A DNA stretch of 64,000 bases from Tannerellaceae bacterium (GTDB lineage Bacteria; Bacteroidota; Bacteroidia; Bacteroidales; Tannerellaceae): positions 227 through 64,226 of the forward strand of contig JAIRRS010000002.1 in the NCBI GenBank assembly GCA_031255855.1, written 5' to 3'. The first letter of the stretch is position 1, and every line of letters starts with the position of its first letter. This document shows, one piece after another, positions 45,963 through 55,481 of the stretch. Under the pieces are notes generated by a model. That model had not been told where the DNA came from. It saw only the letters and a program-made list of their open reading frames with translations, and did no database searches. A program made the translations under genes and the position numbers.

Positions 45963-48725
45963 TTATTGCTTGACTGCCCGGATTACTTTTACTTCTTTTG
46001 TTGTTATGAGGCGGAAAATATAAAGGCCTTTCGCCAACGAACTTGTGTTGACGGTGTTACCGGGTAGTTCAACCGACTTGACCAGCTTGCCGTCCATCGA
46101 AATTATTTCCAGCCGCTTTACTGTTTCGGCATTGGTGATTGTGATATAGTTGCCGAAACGTGTCGGGGTTATCTCCGCTGATTCTTCTGCAGGAAGTTGT
46201 TCGTTGCCTACGACGACGTTTCCTTTTATTGTCGTCCGGCCGCTCTCTATTCCATTATATAATGCTGAAACACTATAGGAGAACGTTCCTTCCGCGCCTA
46301 ATAAAGCATCGACATAGCGGGTTGCCGTCACTGGGAAAGCATTTATCTTACGATTGTCCCTGTAAATATTGTAGCCTGTTATTGCCGGGAATGCTGCCGG
46401 TGCAAAGCTGCGCAGGCTGGTTTCTGCCGGGGTTGTTTTGCGGAGTAAGGGTTTCCTGTCTGAACGGGTGATATTGATATCTTGTTCCGAATGGCTCTGG
46501 GATGCAACCGTTCTTTCTTCAGAGGTAATAACTGCGGCGAGGAAAAAGTTAACATTGAAGTCGTCGTCGGACAAGTATTTCCAATTAACGCCATCGGTTG
46601 ACACCAGATTGCCTTTTCCGGTTACTGCCGGACCGCTGTCGCAATAGGCGGGATATTCATCTTTGTCATATTTTGAGACGAAGACGGCTACAACTAATGA
46701 TCCCCGGCTGCCGATTGTAAAGGGCGTTTTCAATGGTATGCTGTTTAGTTTCCCATATGCCGAATTGGTAATTTCCTGCGTGTATTTGCGGTTTCCCTGG
46801 GTAATCAGGAGGGAATATGTGGCTCCTCTTACCGGGGCAAACTGTACCTCCTGCAGCGTTTTATTGGCTAATGGGGCAATATCACTTGCCGACCAGCTTT
46901 GTCCGAAGTAGAAAGGTACGCCGCTAAAGCCGAGAGACATCGCCGTGGTTCCTGTTCCCCAGTAAATGGTTTGCGTGTACAGGGGGGCTTCCCAAGAGAG
47001 AACTACTCCGTAATTGGGGCTGAAGGTCGCTGTTGGATTCGAAGGTGCCAGGTATTCTGCAATGTAGACTGTTTTGCTTACTACCGGCGATTCGACATTG
47101 TTGGCGTAAACAGCCGAGACGCTGTAGATGATTGAACCTGTTATTCCCGGTTTATCCGTGTATGACAAGGCGGTTGTATTGCCTATAAAGCCGTCTTCCC
47201 TGTATACATTATATCTGATGGGGCGTTGGGTTGGCGGGGCTTTCCAGTCTAGCCGCACTTCATTGTTGACATAAGCAAGTTGAAAATCGCGCGGTGTTTC
47301 GATAACGACCGGTTCTTTCTTATAGCGTCCTTGCAGGCGTTCGGCGCCGGTATTCAGCGGGTCGAGCCAGACATCCATTCGTTCTGTCGTCTTTCTGCCG
47401 TGTTGGTTCCAGTGGTAAAACAGTTTGCCGTAGAGGTTGATTCCGTCTGTTTTTTCGCAGGAAGAACTTCCTCCGCTCAATGTTCCTACAATCAATTTGT
47501 CTTGATTAAACAGCGGCGAACCGGAGGATCCCCCGGCTGTTACCCCGTGGCCGTTTGCTGTTTCCGAGAAGATAACGTTCCAATGGGCATTCTTTGCTCC
47601 TTCGTTGTCGTCTTTATCTAACCACGAGGTTGAAACTGCGTGGGAGGTAAAGGTGGATATTTTTTTGTATTCTCCTTCGGGATGGTGGATGCTCACGCCT
47701 GAAGTAGCGGGGGTATTTCTCCTGTCCCAGCCGTTGTAGTAAACGTAGTAATCGTCGGGGATATTCTGGTTTAGCAATAACAGCAGGCCGTCGGAGCCGC
47801 CATGGATAGGAGTTGAAGCTATCATGCGGCAGCCAACCATTGTTTGATATGTGGCCGGCTGCGAATCGTTGTCGCATTCGCTACGCTCGTAATGGAAGTA
47901 GAAGACCCACTGGTTGTAATCGGATTCTGAAGCTGCCTCATCCAAATTGCTTGAACAGTGCTGGGCGGAGAGGATGTAGGGTTTGAAGTCTTGGGCGGTG
48001 TTGTTTATCAAAGAAGCCGAACAGAGGTATGATTCGGTTCCGATGCGCTGCACCATTTTGCAGACACCTTTTTTTTCTGTTTGCCAGTCGTTTCCTTCTT
48101 CACAGTTGATGTTTACCTCGCATGAGTTCTCGCTACGCAAAGATGGTTTGCCGGTTACATACAGATGGTTGTAGCCATATCCGATGTCTTCGATGTGGAG
48201 GCGGGGTTTTTCCCCGCTTGGAGCGGCTACATATTCGAGGATGATGTCGTCGCCTGCTACAAATTCGGAGGCGAATTTTCCTGATACGGGGTTGGATTGG
48301 TGGGTAAAGGCGCCGATCAGGTGTGTTTTGCCGGCATTGTAGATAAAGAGTTTTCCCCCTTGGGGGATGTAAAATTCTTTATAATATAGCATGAGGGCAA
48401 CGGCTCCTTCTGCCTGTATGTTTAGTTGGCAGATGGTTTCGCCTCCCGGCAGGGTGTGCCATGTCCCGTCATTACTGATATTTAAATCTGTATGGATAAG
48501 GGTGGCAACCCTGAGTGGAGCGCCCTGGCTTACCTGCCATTGGTCGACCAGTTTCAGGTCTTCTACGTTGAATGAGACAGGGATTCGCGTTGTGGAAGTG
48601 GCGCTGCGCAGCGATTGTTCGTAGGAAAAGCTGGGAGGAAGACCTCCTTCACTGATTTGGGATTGTAGGGTGTTTATGTGTATAAACAGACTTCCCAGCA
48701 GGATAAAGCAACAAATTTTATTCAT
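45963..48725 (-). CDS. Secreted trypsin-fold (S1, lysyl-endopeptidase-like) serine peptidase with Ig/FN3-like repeats and a T9SS C-terminal sorting domain
   Basis: It has a signal peptide, catalytic His in ILSAQHCS and catalytic Ser in AGGSSGSPLF. The C-terminal ~80 aa (…RLEIISMDGKLVKSVELPGNTVNTSSLAKGLYIFRLITTKEVKVIRAVKQ) fit the Por secretion tail pattern. Confidence 0.8.
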   Translation of the reverse strand: MNKICCFILLGSLFIHINTLQSQISEGGLPPSFSYEQSLRSATSTTRIPVSFNVEDLKLVDQWQVSQGAPLRVATLIHTDLNISNDGTWHTLPGGETICQLNIQAEGAVALMLYYKEFYIPQGGKLFIYNAGKTHLIGAFTHQSNPVSGKFASEFVAGDDIILEYVAAPSGEKPRLHIEDIGYGYNHLYVTGKPSLRSENSCEVNINCEEGNDWQTEKKGVCKMVQRIGTESYLCSASLINNTAQDFKPYILSAQHCSSNLDEAASESDYNQWVFYFHYERSECDNDSQPATYQTMVGCRMIASTPIHGGSDGLLLLLNQNIPDDYYVYYNGWDRRNTPATSGVSIHHPEGEYKKISTFTSHAVSTSWLDKDDNEGAKNAHWNVIFSETANGHGVTAGGSSGSPLFNQDKLIVGTLSGGSSSCEKTDGINLYGKLFYHWNQHGRKTTERMDVWLDPLNTGAERLQGRYKKEPVVIETPRDFQLAYVNNEVRLDWKAPPTQRPIRYNVYREDGFIGNTTALSYTDKPGITGSIIYSVSAVYANNVESPVVSKTVYIAEYLAPSNPTATFSPNYGVVLSWEAPLYTQTIYWGTGTTAMSLGFSGVPFYFGQSWSASDIAPLANKTLQEVQFAPVRGATYSLLITQGNRKYTQEITNSAYGKLNSIPLKTPFTIGSRGSLVVAVFVSKYDKDEYPAYCDSGPAVTGKGNLVSTDGVNWKYLSDDDFNVNFFLAAVITSEERTVASQSHSEQDINITRSDRKPLLRKTTPAETSLRSFAPAAFPAITGYNIYRDNRKINAFPVTATRYVDALLGAEGTFSYSVSALYNGIESGRTTIKGNVVVGNEQLPAEESAEITPTRFGNYITITNAETVKRLEIISMDGKLVKSVELPGNTVNTSSLAKGLYIFRLITTKEVKVIRAVKQ

Positions 48726-49147
48726 TCCTTATAATTTTATGTATGTCTGTTTTCTGTAAAAGAAATAACCGGATAACCTTGTTTGAGTGGTAAAAAGGGG
48801 CAATTTATGGAAAAATTACCAAATAACAAAACGTATACATGAAAACATGCTCTATGTAGTTAATAGTATCAAACATAAGAGGCATAAGCATGATTGTCAT
48901 CATGCTTACGTAAACCTAAAAATAACGCCAAAATGGTTTTTATGTCTGAAATAATATGCCATATTTAAGCCGCTTAAACAATTTTAACGACATTTGAGTG
49001 GTTGGATAATCTTTAACTAGTAAATTTGTGTCATATTAGTATAATAATGATTTTTTTGATAGCGGAATAACAGTGGTTATTTCTTATTTATTATGGAATG
49101 ATTTTTATGTAAGGTGTGTGTGTTTCAACTTAAACAATAAAAAAACT

Positions 49148-49771
49148 ATGTCAAAACTCTTTTTTACTACAAAACACAAAACGGCTGTAATCTTTTCATT
49201 GATTTTCCTGCCGGGCATTTTCTGTATGCAGCCCATGGAGGGACAAGTGACGATAGGGGCAAACAGGCCGCCACACAGCGGGGCGGTTCTTGAACTTGAG
49301 TCGCACAAGAACCTGGGGCTGTTGTTGCCGTATGTATCTCTTCAAAGCGCTGTGACGTGGCAATTGAATGGCATGCCTGCCGAGGGAATGCTGGTGTACA
49401 ACGAATCGGCTTCGACTGCTAATGGTTTGTCGGGCAAAGGGGCTTATGTATGGATTAACAACAGATGGCGGCCGATGAAGGATTCGCCTGCCACGGGGAG
49501 CGCGGATCCTGTGATTACAGCTATTACGGCGAGTAAAACATCTGTTAAGCCAAATGAGATTTTCCAGGTCTGGGTAGAGACGGATCCTGCCGTTGAGATA
49601 GTGCAGTATGTGTGGACTGCGACTGGCGGGGGCAGGCCAATTGGGCATTCGAATCGCGAGGTTATCAGCCTGGCGGGCCGGAATACCGGCGACGTCCATA
49701 TTACGGTGAAGGCTATCGGCGCATCAGGAAAGGAAGCTACCAGAAGTATTTCTGTGAACGTTGTTAACTAA
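49148..49771 (+). CDS. Secreted hypothetical protein: shared N-terminal module + Ig-like domain
   Basis: I chose the start at ATG 49148 (MSKLFF… signal). Its N-terminal ~80 aa align with those of the next gene. The C-terminal region resembles an Ig-like repeat. Confidence 0.65.
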   Translation: MSKLFFTTKHKTAVIFSLIFLPGIFCMQPMEGQVTIGANRPPHSGAVLELESHKNLGLLLPYVSLQSAVTWQLNGMPAEGMLVYNESASTANGLSGKGAYVWINNRWRPMKDSPATGSADPVITAITASKTSVKPNEIFQVWVETDPAVEIVQYVWTATGGGRPIGHSNREVISLAGRNTGDVHITVKAIGASGKEATRSISVNVVN

Positions 49772-49782
49772 ATTATGCGGTT

Positions 49783-51261
49783 ATGATGACGATGAAGCAA
49801 GTATTCGTTGCACTTGGCCTGTTTTTTCCAGGCTTGTGCGGGATAGAGGGGCAGGTGCTTATTGGTCCGGGAAATGAGAAGCTCCACGCGGGGGCGTCGC
49901 TGGAACTGAAAGCAGCCGGCGGGACAGGCGGGGTGATGATGCCGCAGGTGTCGTTGACTTCGGCCATGGTCTGGGCGCCGATAGAGGGCAGTCCGGTAGA
50001 AGGGATGATGGTGTATAACACGAATGAGACGCGGCAGTCTGACCTGGAGGGGAAGGGCATTTATACGTGGGTGGAGGGGCGCTGGGAGCTGGTATCGCAT
50101 GCTGTCCCGTGTGCTTCGCCGCCTGCCGACCCGGTGATAGCGAGTAGTGGCTATGTTGACCCGCTTGAGCCGTTTACCCCTTTCCTGGTTTATGTGGACA
50201 ACGCGGCCGAGGGCGTTAGTTATGAATGGGACGTGTCGCCCGGCATGACGGGGCAGTCGCTATCGGATGTGATTACTGTGATTGGTACGGGCAAAGCAGA
50301 TTATACGGTGAGCGTACGGGCAAGGAATGCCTGTGGCGTAAGTAATAAGGTTTCGGAGACTTTTCGCATCGCGCCGTTTTCATTGCCTCCAAAGGAGATT
50401 TCGGGCAACGGGATTATTCAGGGAATTGCCTGTTATAACGTGTCACAGGGGAATTATTCGACTTTTCCCGATTATGATCCGAACAAACGGATCCGGAAGT
50501 ATATGCTTTCGTTGCAGTATAACAACGGCGTGACAAACTTAAAATATGGAAAGACAAATGATGCCGACGGCATCATCAAGTCTGTAAGCAGAGGAACGTC
50601 GGATGATGTAACTTCGGGGCAATATCCTATCACTGTTGTCTTTGCCGACGATGTGAACGATATTATAAAGAGGACCAAGCGATCGACTGCCGAAATTTAT
50701 GTCAGCTACTTTTATATGGATGATAAATACAATTCGCTGACTATTACTTTGCAGGAAAATTCCTGCTGCCCTTATGGTTTGGGTAAGATTGTTAACAACG
50801 GGGCGTATATGGGAGTGGATATTTTTGACTTGTATAATGTATCGTTCAAGATTAGTCATTTCAAGCCCATCCCGAACGCGTCGCTGTGTGTTTGGCCGTT
50901 GGATCAGGGGTCGCAGATTGTTCCGGGCGGTTCTGAGAGCAATTTCTGGTTAAACGCCCATAGCAAGTGTAATATGTCGATGAGCCAGTATGGCGGAGGC
51001 TGGCGTTTGCCTAATCTGGGAGAGATGTATTATAAACTACATTCCTTCTTTCTAAATAATGGAGGGCAAAATACGAGTTCGGACGGTACCTTTTCGCGCT
51101 ATTTCAGCAGTACGGTAAAGAATAATGAACTGAATAATGTGATTCACACCCAGGTGAACATGCAAAACCCTGCGAAGAGTGTGACCATCAGTGACATCCC
51201 GATCAATAAACAGATATCCGCTAAGGCCAACTACCGGTGCGTGAAAACAATTAGCCAATAA
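49783..51261 (+). CDS. Secreted hypothetical protein: shared N-terminal module + Ig-like domain + DUF1566-like C-terminus
   Basis: Its N-terminus is paralogous to the preceding gene. The C-terminal YGGGWRLPNLGEMYYKL resembles the WRLP..EL core of DUF1566/Lcl-C domains. Confidence 0.65.
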   Translation: MMTMKQVFVALGLFFPGLCGIEGQVLIGPGNEKLHAGASLELKAAGGTGGVMMPQVSLTSAMVWAPIEGSPVEGMMVYNTNETRQSDLEGKGIYTWVEGRWELVSHAVPCASPPADPVIASSGYVDPLEPFTPFLVYVDNAAEGVSYEWDVSPGMTGQSLSDVITVIGTGKADYTVSVRARNACGVSNKVSETFRIAPFSLPPKEISGNGIIQGIACYNVSQGNYSTFPDYDPNKRIRKYMLSLQYNNGVTNLKYGKTNDADGIIKSVSRGTSDDVTSGQYPITVVFADDVNDIIKRTKRSTAEIYVSYFYMDDKYNSLTITLQENSCCPYGLGKIVNNGAYMGVDIFDLYNVSFKISHFKPIPNASLCVWPLDQGSQIVPGGSESNFWLNAHSKCNMSMSQYGGGWRLPNLGEMYYKLHSFFLNNGGQNTSSDGTFSRYFSSTVKNNELNNVIHTQVNMQNPAKSVTISDIPINKQISAKANYRCVKTISQ

Positions 51262-51271
51262 AGAAGAGGAG

Positions 51272-52549
51272 ATGAAAGGCAGATGTTTTATTTTTGCCGC
51301 CCTGCTTGCGCATAGTTTGTGGGATATGGCGGCACAGCAGGTGGCTCTCTCTTTTCCGGGTCTTCCGGAGAGGGAGGCGCGGGTCTATTATTATAAGGGA
51401 GGACGGCCTGATTCGCTGGTTGTTTGGCTCGACGAGCGGGGGAAAGGGCAGGGGGCGTTGCCGGCGGGATACGCGTTTGTCCAGGTTTACGTCCCCGGAT
51501 CGGGGGCGATTGAGTGTATCGGCGGGGAGCCTTTGCTGCAGATTGCCTGCCGCGATACGTTCCTCCGGATAGAGCATACGGAGTTTCCGGGTTCGCGCGA
51601 GAACAACTTCCTATACCGCGTTTTCGGGGAGAAGGAGCAAGCCTCTCACCGCCAGATGTGGCTGCAATTCGGCCTGGAGTTGTATGATTCGTCACACCCA
51701 TTGTATCCTTTGCTGGATGAAGAGAAGTGGAAGAATGAAGAACGGCTTTCTTCGCTTGCCGCCCAAATCAAGGACAGTAGCCTGTATGCTTCGCGGTTGC
51801 TGGGGCTGATTGATTTCCTCGATGATATGGGCCTGGCTATCGACAGGCGGGATACGGTGTTGATCCGGGAGATCAAGGAGCGGTTTCATCACCGGATTGA
51901 CTGGGAGGCGCTCTATTCGGCCGGCCAGCTATGGGAGCAAGCGAACTTTTACTACGCAGCTTTGTTTGGCTTGGAGAGCCATTATGCCGAGGATATCCTG
52001 CCGCTGCTCGACCGGTTGCCGGAACCTATGCGGTCGGCTTTCATGGAAACGGTTTACGGGATTTGTGAAAAATCCGGATGGAACCAGGCTAAAGAACGAC
52101 TTGCCTCCTATTTGCTCGAACATGAGCACGCGTGGAATGTCGAAAACGAATTCCTGAAACGGATCCTTGCCGCCGAAAAGCTCAAACCGGGGAATCCCGC
52201 GCCATTGATTACGGGGCTTCCGGACGGACAGACGGGCGGCATCACCCTTCTTCTTTTTTATGAATCGGGATGCGACGCTTGTATGACAGAGTTGGAGGAA
52301 TTGAAGAAACAATATGCCCGGTTGCATCGCTCCGGTATACGGGTGGTTACGGTTTCGGCCGATACAGACGAGAGGGTATATGCGTATCATTCCCGTTCAT
52401 TCCCCTGGCCGGACACGCTATGCGATTATAACGGCTTCGCGGGAGAGAACTTTACCCACTACGCCATTATCGCGACCCCGACTGTTTTTGTTATCGGCAA
52501 CGGCATCATTATAGGGAGTTATTATACGCTGGCGGATACGAAATTGTGA
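51272..52549 (+). CDS. Secreted thioredoxin-fold (TlpA/AhpC-TSA-like) protein with a large N-terminal extension
   Basis: It has a signal peptide. The C-terminal redoxin core is ITLLLFYESGCDACMTELEELKKQY (a CxxC motif) …VTVSAD…ATPTVFVIG. Confidence 0.7.
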   Translation: MKGRCFIFAALLAHSLWDMAAQQVALSFPGLPEREARVYYYKGGRPDSLVVWLDERGKGQGALPAGYAFVQVYVPGSGAIECIGGEPLLQIACRDTFLRIEHTEFPGSRENNFLYRVFGEKEQASHRQMWLQFGLELYDSSHPLYPLLDEEKWKNEERLSSLAAQIKDSSLYASRLLGLIDFLDDMGLAIDRRDTVLIREIKERFHHRIDWEALYSAGQLWEQANFYYAALFGLESHYAEDILPLLDRLPEPMRSAFMETVYGICEKSGWNQAKERLASYLLEHEHAWNVENEFLKRILAAEKLKPGNPAPLITGLPDGQTGGITLLLFYESGCDACMTELEELKKQYARLHRSGIRVVTVSADTDERVYAYHSRSFPWPDTLCDYNGFAGENFTHYAIIATPTVFVIGNGIIIGSYYTLADTKL

Positions 52550-52577
52550 ACGGAACTGGAACTTCGTTTTCACAAGA

Positions 52578-53357
52578 TTATCCTGACACCTGTACATCGA
52601 AGCCTTCTTTCCTTGCTTGCTCGGCAATGGTTTCCAGTTCTTGTTTCGGAACTTTGCGGAGGTTTTTTACAGGTGTTTCCCTTTCTATGGTATAAATCAT
52701 CACTTGTTTGGGGTTGATCTGTTTTAATGCTTCCAGCCAACCGTTTATTTCTTCCTCTGTCGTATTGTCTATTTTCTCTCCTTTGTGCTCGCCCCGGATG
52801 AACATGGTTTGTATAATCAGGTTGCCATTGAAGCGGATTAGATGTTTCAACAGCCGGTCGAAGGTAAAAGAGGGGGCGTTTGGAGCGTCTAATTGCCGAA
52901 TCCGGCTGTCGAGCACCGAATCCAGTTTAAGGATATTGTCCTCTATCTTGTTTAATGCTTGGAAGACATCCTCCTTGTGAATCATCGTCGCATTGGAAAG
53001 GACAGCAATCTTAGCCTGGGGAAAATACCTGTCGCGGAGTTCGATTGTATCATCTATTATCCCGGCAAACAGCGGATGCATGGTCGGTTCGCCATTGCCG
53101 GCAAAGGTTATCACGTCGGGTGCAACACCTTCTGTCTGCATGGAAGAGAGCTTACGGCCGAGGGCTTCTTTAACTTCCTCACGCGTGGGGAGTTTTGTTT
53201 TTGTCCGGCGTTCCTCGTTCAGGCCACATTCGCAATAAATGCAGTTGAATGAACAGAGTTTACCATCTACCGGAAGTAAATTTATGCCGAGCGAAACTCC
53301 TAAACGACGGCTATGTACGGGACCAAAGACTATCTGGTCAAAAAGTATTGTAGGCAT
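52578..53357 (-). CDS. Radical SAM protein (small, function unknown)
   Basis: It has the CSFNCIYCECG CxxxCxxC cluster motif preceded by FGPVHSRRLGVSLGINL, and a GNGEPT glycine-rich SAM motif. Confidence 0.85.
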   Translation of the reverse strand: MPTILFDQIVFGPVHSRRLGVSLGINLLPVDGKLCSFNCIYCECGLNEERRTKTKLPTREEVKEALGRKLSSMQTEGVAPDVITFAGNGEPTMHPLFAGIIDDTIELRDRYFPQAKIAVLSNATMIHKEDVFQALNKIEDNILKLDSVLDSRIRQLDAPNAPSFTFDRLLKHLIRFNGNLIIQTMFIRGEHKGEKIDNTTEEEINGWLEALKQINPKQVMIYTIERETPVKNLRKVPKQELETIAEQARKEGFDVQVSG

Positions 53358-53404
53358 TGTTGGTTATAATCTTTATATATGAAGATGCTAAGGTATTTAT
53401 TTCA

Positions 53405-55474
53405 TCAGAATTTCCAACGAATAAGGGCGTTAATATCCGTTTTATTATTTCCTGCTATCTCTTCCAACTCTGTCCCGATACGGTCTCTGTCGGTATAATG
53501 TGTGTTTGCCAACTTCGCCGAAAGCGACAAATTTCTCGCTATATCCCACCGGAATGTGGCCGAAAGACGGTATCCGCTCCCATAAAATGAAGGTATATAA
53601 AAGGCATACAGGATGTTCTTTTCGTACAAAGTCAGGCGGGTATTGTAATCGTTGGTGTGGAATATGCCACCAAACAGGTCGAAACCAAACGGAATGTTTT
53701 TGGGCTTCCAGCTTACCTGTTGGGACAACATGATTCCCTTGCCGGGTTCTTCCGGTTTTTCGTGATACGTTGTCCCTTCCAGTGATGTCTTCATTTGTAC
53801 GGATACTATTTTATATTGCATCTGTAACCGCACACGATGCTGTTGATAAGGCAAGGTAGAGGAAGTAACTTTACCGGGAAGGGTCACGTTCTTTTCCTTT
53901 TCTTTATATTTATACCGCAGATAACATGAGAAGTTTTCAACTTGTGTGAAATCCACCTGCACCATGTATTCATTACCGGAAGAAGGCGCATCCACCCCAT
54001 ATTTTGACCAGGGAAAATGGAAAACGTCGGCGTAAGCCGCAATTTTCCAATAAGGAAACGGAGTAAATTGCATCCCCAGATAGACACCCTGTTCGTTTTG
54101 CACCGATGAATTTTGCGAGAAGGCGTTCCCGAAAAAAGCCTGATACCCTTTGTCATAGTAACGGTGCAGCAGTAAAAACGACAGGTAAGAAACCGGTGTT
54201 AATTGCAACGCGTTCAACGTGGCAATCTTCTTATTCCGGGAGATTGCCGTCTCTCCGTAGAATTTAATAAACCGGTTTTTCAACAAATAATCAACACTCA
54301 CATTTGTGTTATGATTGCCTCTGAAATAAAACACATTGTAGGCCTTTGGGGAGGGTTCGATATGAAATTTCCCAAACGAATAGGTCAATGCCGTCAGACC
54401 CACGCAGACATGTGGCGTCGCGTAGCGGATATTTCCGCCAAAGGTATTCATAGGCAATACGCGTCTCTTTTCCAACTCCCTTGGCAGGCGGTGCAATCCG
54501 TTGGTTTGGATGGAAGAAACGCTGCTGCTGTCGGTTATCGCAGCATCGAGCCTCCTGCGCGAATAAAAGAGGCTGACGTCTATGTTCTTTATCGCAACAG
54601 TGGCAGCTACCCCCCGGAAATAGTCGTTCTCATTGGTAGAAAAATGCCTCCGGAAACCGTATGTCCGTCGTTCGGCCTGGGTAACAATGTTGTTCCTACC
54701 GGGCGTAAAATCCTGATTTATCGCCAATCCTTGCCCGAAAGATATTTTATAATCGCCGGCAGCCAGCGTTTTCAACCACTTTATATCCTTCAACAGAAAA
54801 TGGAACGAATAATAATCGTATCCCTTATTATGGCTATTCCAGAATGGTTCTCCGGCATCTTTTTCAGCCACAAAACCTGCCTGCAACCTATCGTCGAACG
54901 TAAAGGTGTATCGCAGCGAATGATAGAAAGGCTCTCCAAGGTACTGCCTGTTCGGGAACTTCTCAACCACGCTGTCCGGTTGCCAAGCATACCCTTCCTT
55001 CTGTTGAAAACCCCTGTCGTAACGTATTTGAAACTCATTTAAACCATATTTCAACAGATTGTAAACAGAAATAGGCCGTTTTTCAACCATTTTTTCACCA
55101 ATATACACAAAAGGAAGCAGCAACTCTATTGTATGGAAATCCAACTCCTTTACATGTTTCAATTCATAGATGCTAAGCATCTTCCCATATGTTTTCCTGT
55201 ATGCAAGGATGTTTTCAACCTGCCGGTCGGAAAGGAAAGGCAATTTACGTAAATCCTCTTCCGCAACATGGTTTAATTCAAAGGGATGGTCGGTCAGATA
55301 AGATAAGTCGTTAAACAGGTTTTCAACCTCTTCCGCATTTTCATTATCAACAACCATTTCTTCCATGTATTCCATCCATTTATTGGGAGAAAATACAGCT
55401 TGTCCCTCCAGTTTATAACAATTAATAAACAGCATTATCAACAAAAAACCGGATAATATCAACTTTCTATTCAT
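53405..55474 (-). CDS. ComEA-like helix-hairpin-helix domain fused to a large predicted outer-membrane beta-barrel
   Basis: It has an N-terminal signal and HhH segments (EEDLRKLPFLSDRQVENILAYRKTYGKMLSIYELKHVKELD). About 520 aa of aromatic-rich alternating beta pattern follow, ending …INALIRWKF (terminal Phe). Confidence 0.7.
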   Translation of the reverse strand: MNRKLILSGFLLIMLFINCYKLEGQAVFSPNKWMEYMEEMVVDNENAEEVENLFNDLSYLTDHPFELNHVAEEDLRKLPFLSDRQVENILAYRKTYGKMLSIYELKHVKELDFHTIELLLPFVYIGEKMVEKRPISVYNLLKYGLNEFQIRYDRGFQQKEGYAWQPDSVVEKFPNRQYLGEPFYHSLRYTFTFDDRLQAGFVAEKDAGEPFWNSHNKGYDYYSFHFLLKDIKWLKTLAAGDYKISFGQGLAINQDFTPGRNNIVTQAERRTYGFRRHFSTNENDYFRGVAATVAIKNIDVSLFYSRRRLDAAITDSSSVSSIQTNGLHRLPRELEKRRVLPMNTFGGNIRYATPHVCVGLTALTYSFGKFHIEPSPKAYNVFYFRGNHNTNVSVDYLLKNRFIKFYGETAISRNKKIATLNALQLTPVSYLSFLLLHRYYDKGYQAFFGNAFSQNSSVQNEQGVYLGMQFTPFPYWKIAAYADVFHFPWSKYGVDAPSSGNEYMVQVDFTQVENFSCYLRYKYKEKEKNVTLPGKVTSSTLPYQQHRVRLQMQYKIVSVQMKTSLEGTTYHEKPEEPGKGIMLSQQVSWKPKNIPFGFDLFGGIFHTNDYNTRLTLYEKNILYAFYIPSFYGSGYRLSATFRWDIARNLSLSAKLANTHYTDRDRIGTELEEIAGNNKTDINALIRWKF

Positions 55475-55481
55475 ATCCTTG

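Noticed and set aside
48885-48908. A perfect 10-bp hairpin taagcatgat-tgtc-atcatgctta in the 420-bp divergent spacer between the S1 peptidase and the GC-rich block.
   Set aside because: It is isolated and short, has no flanking T-run and is not repeated elsewhere in the window. It is compatible with chance or a minor operator and is not enough to call.
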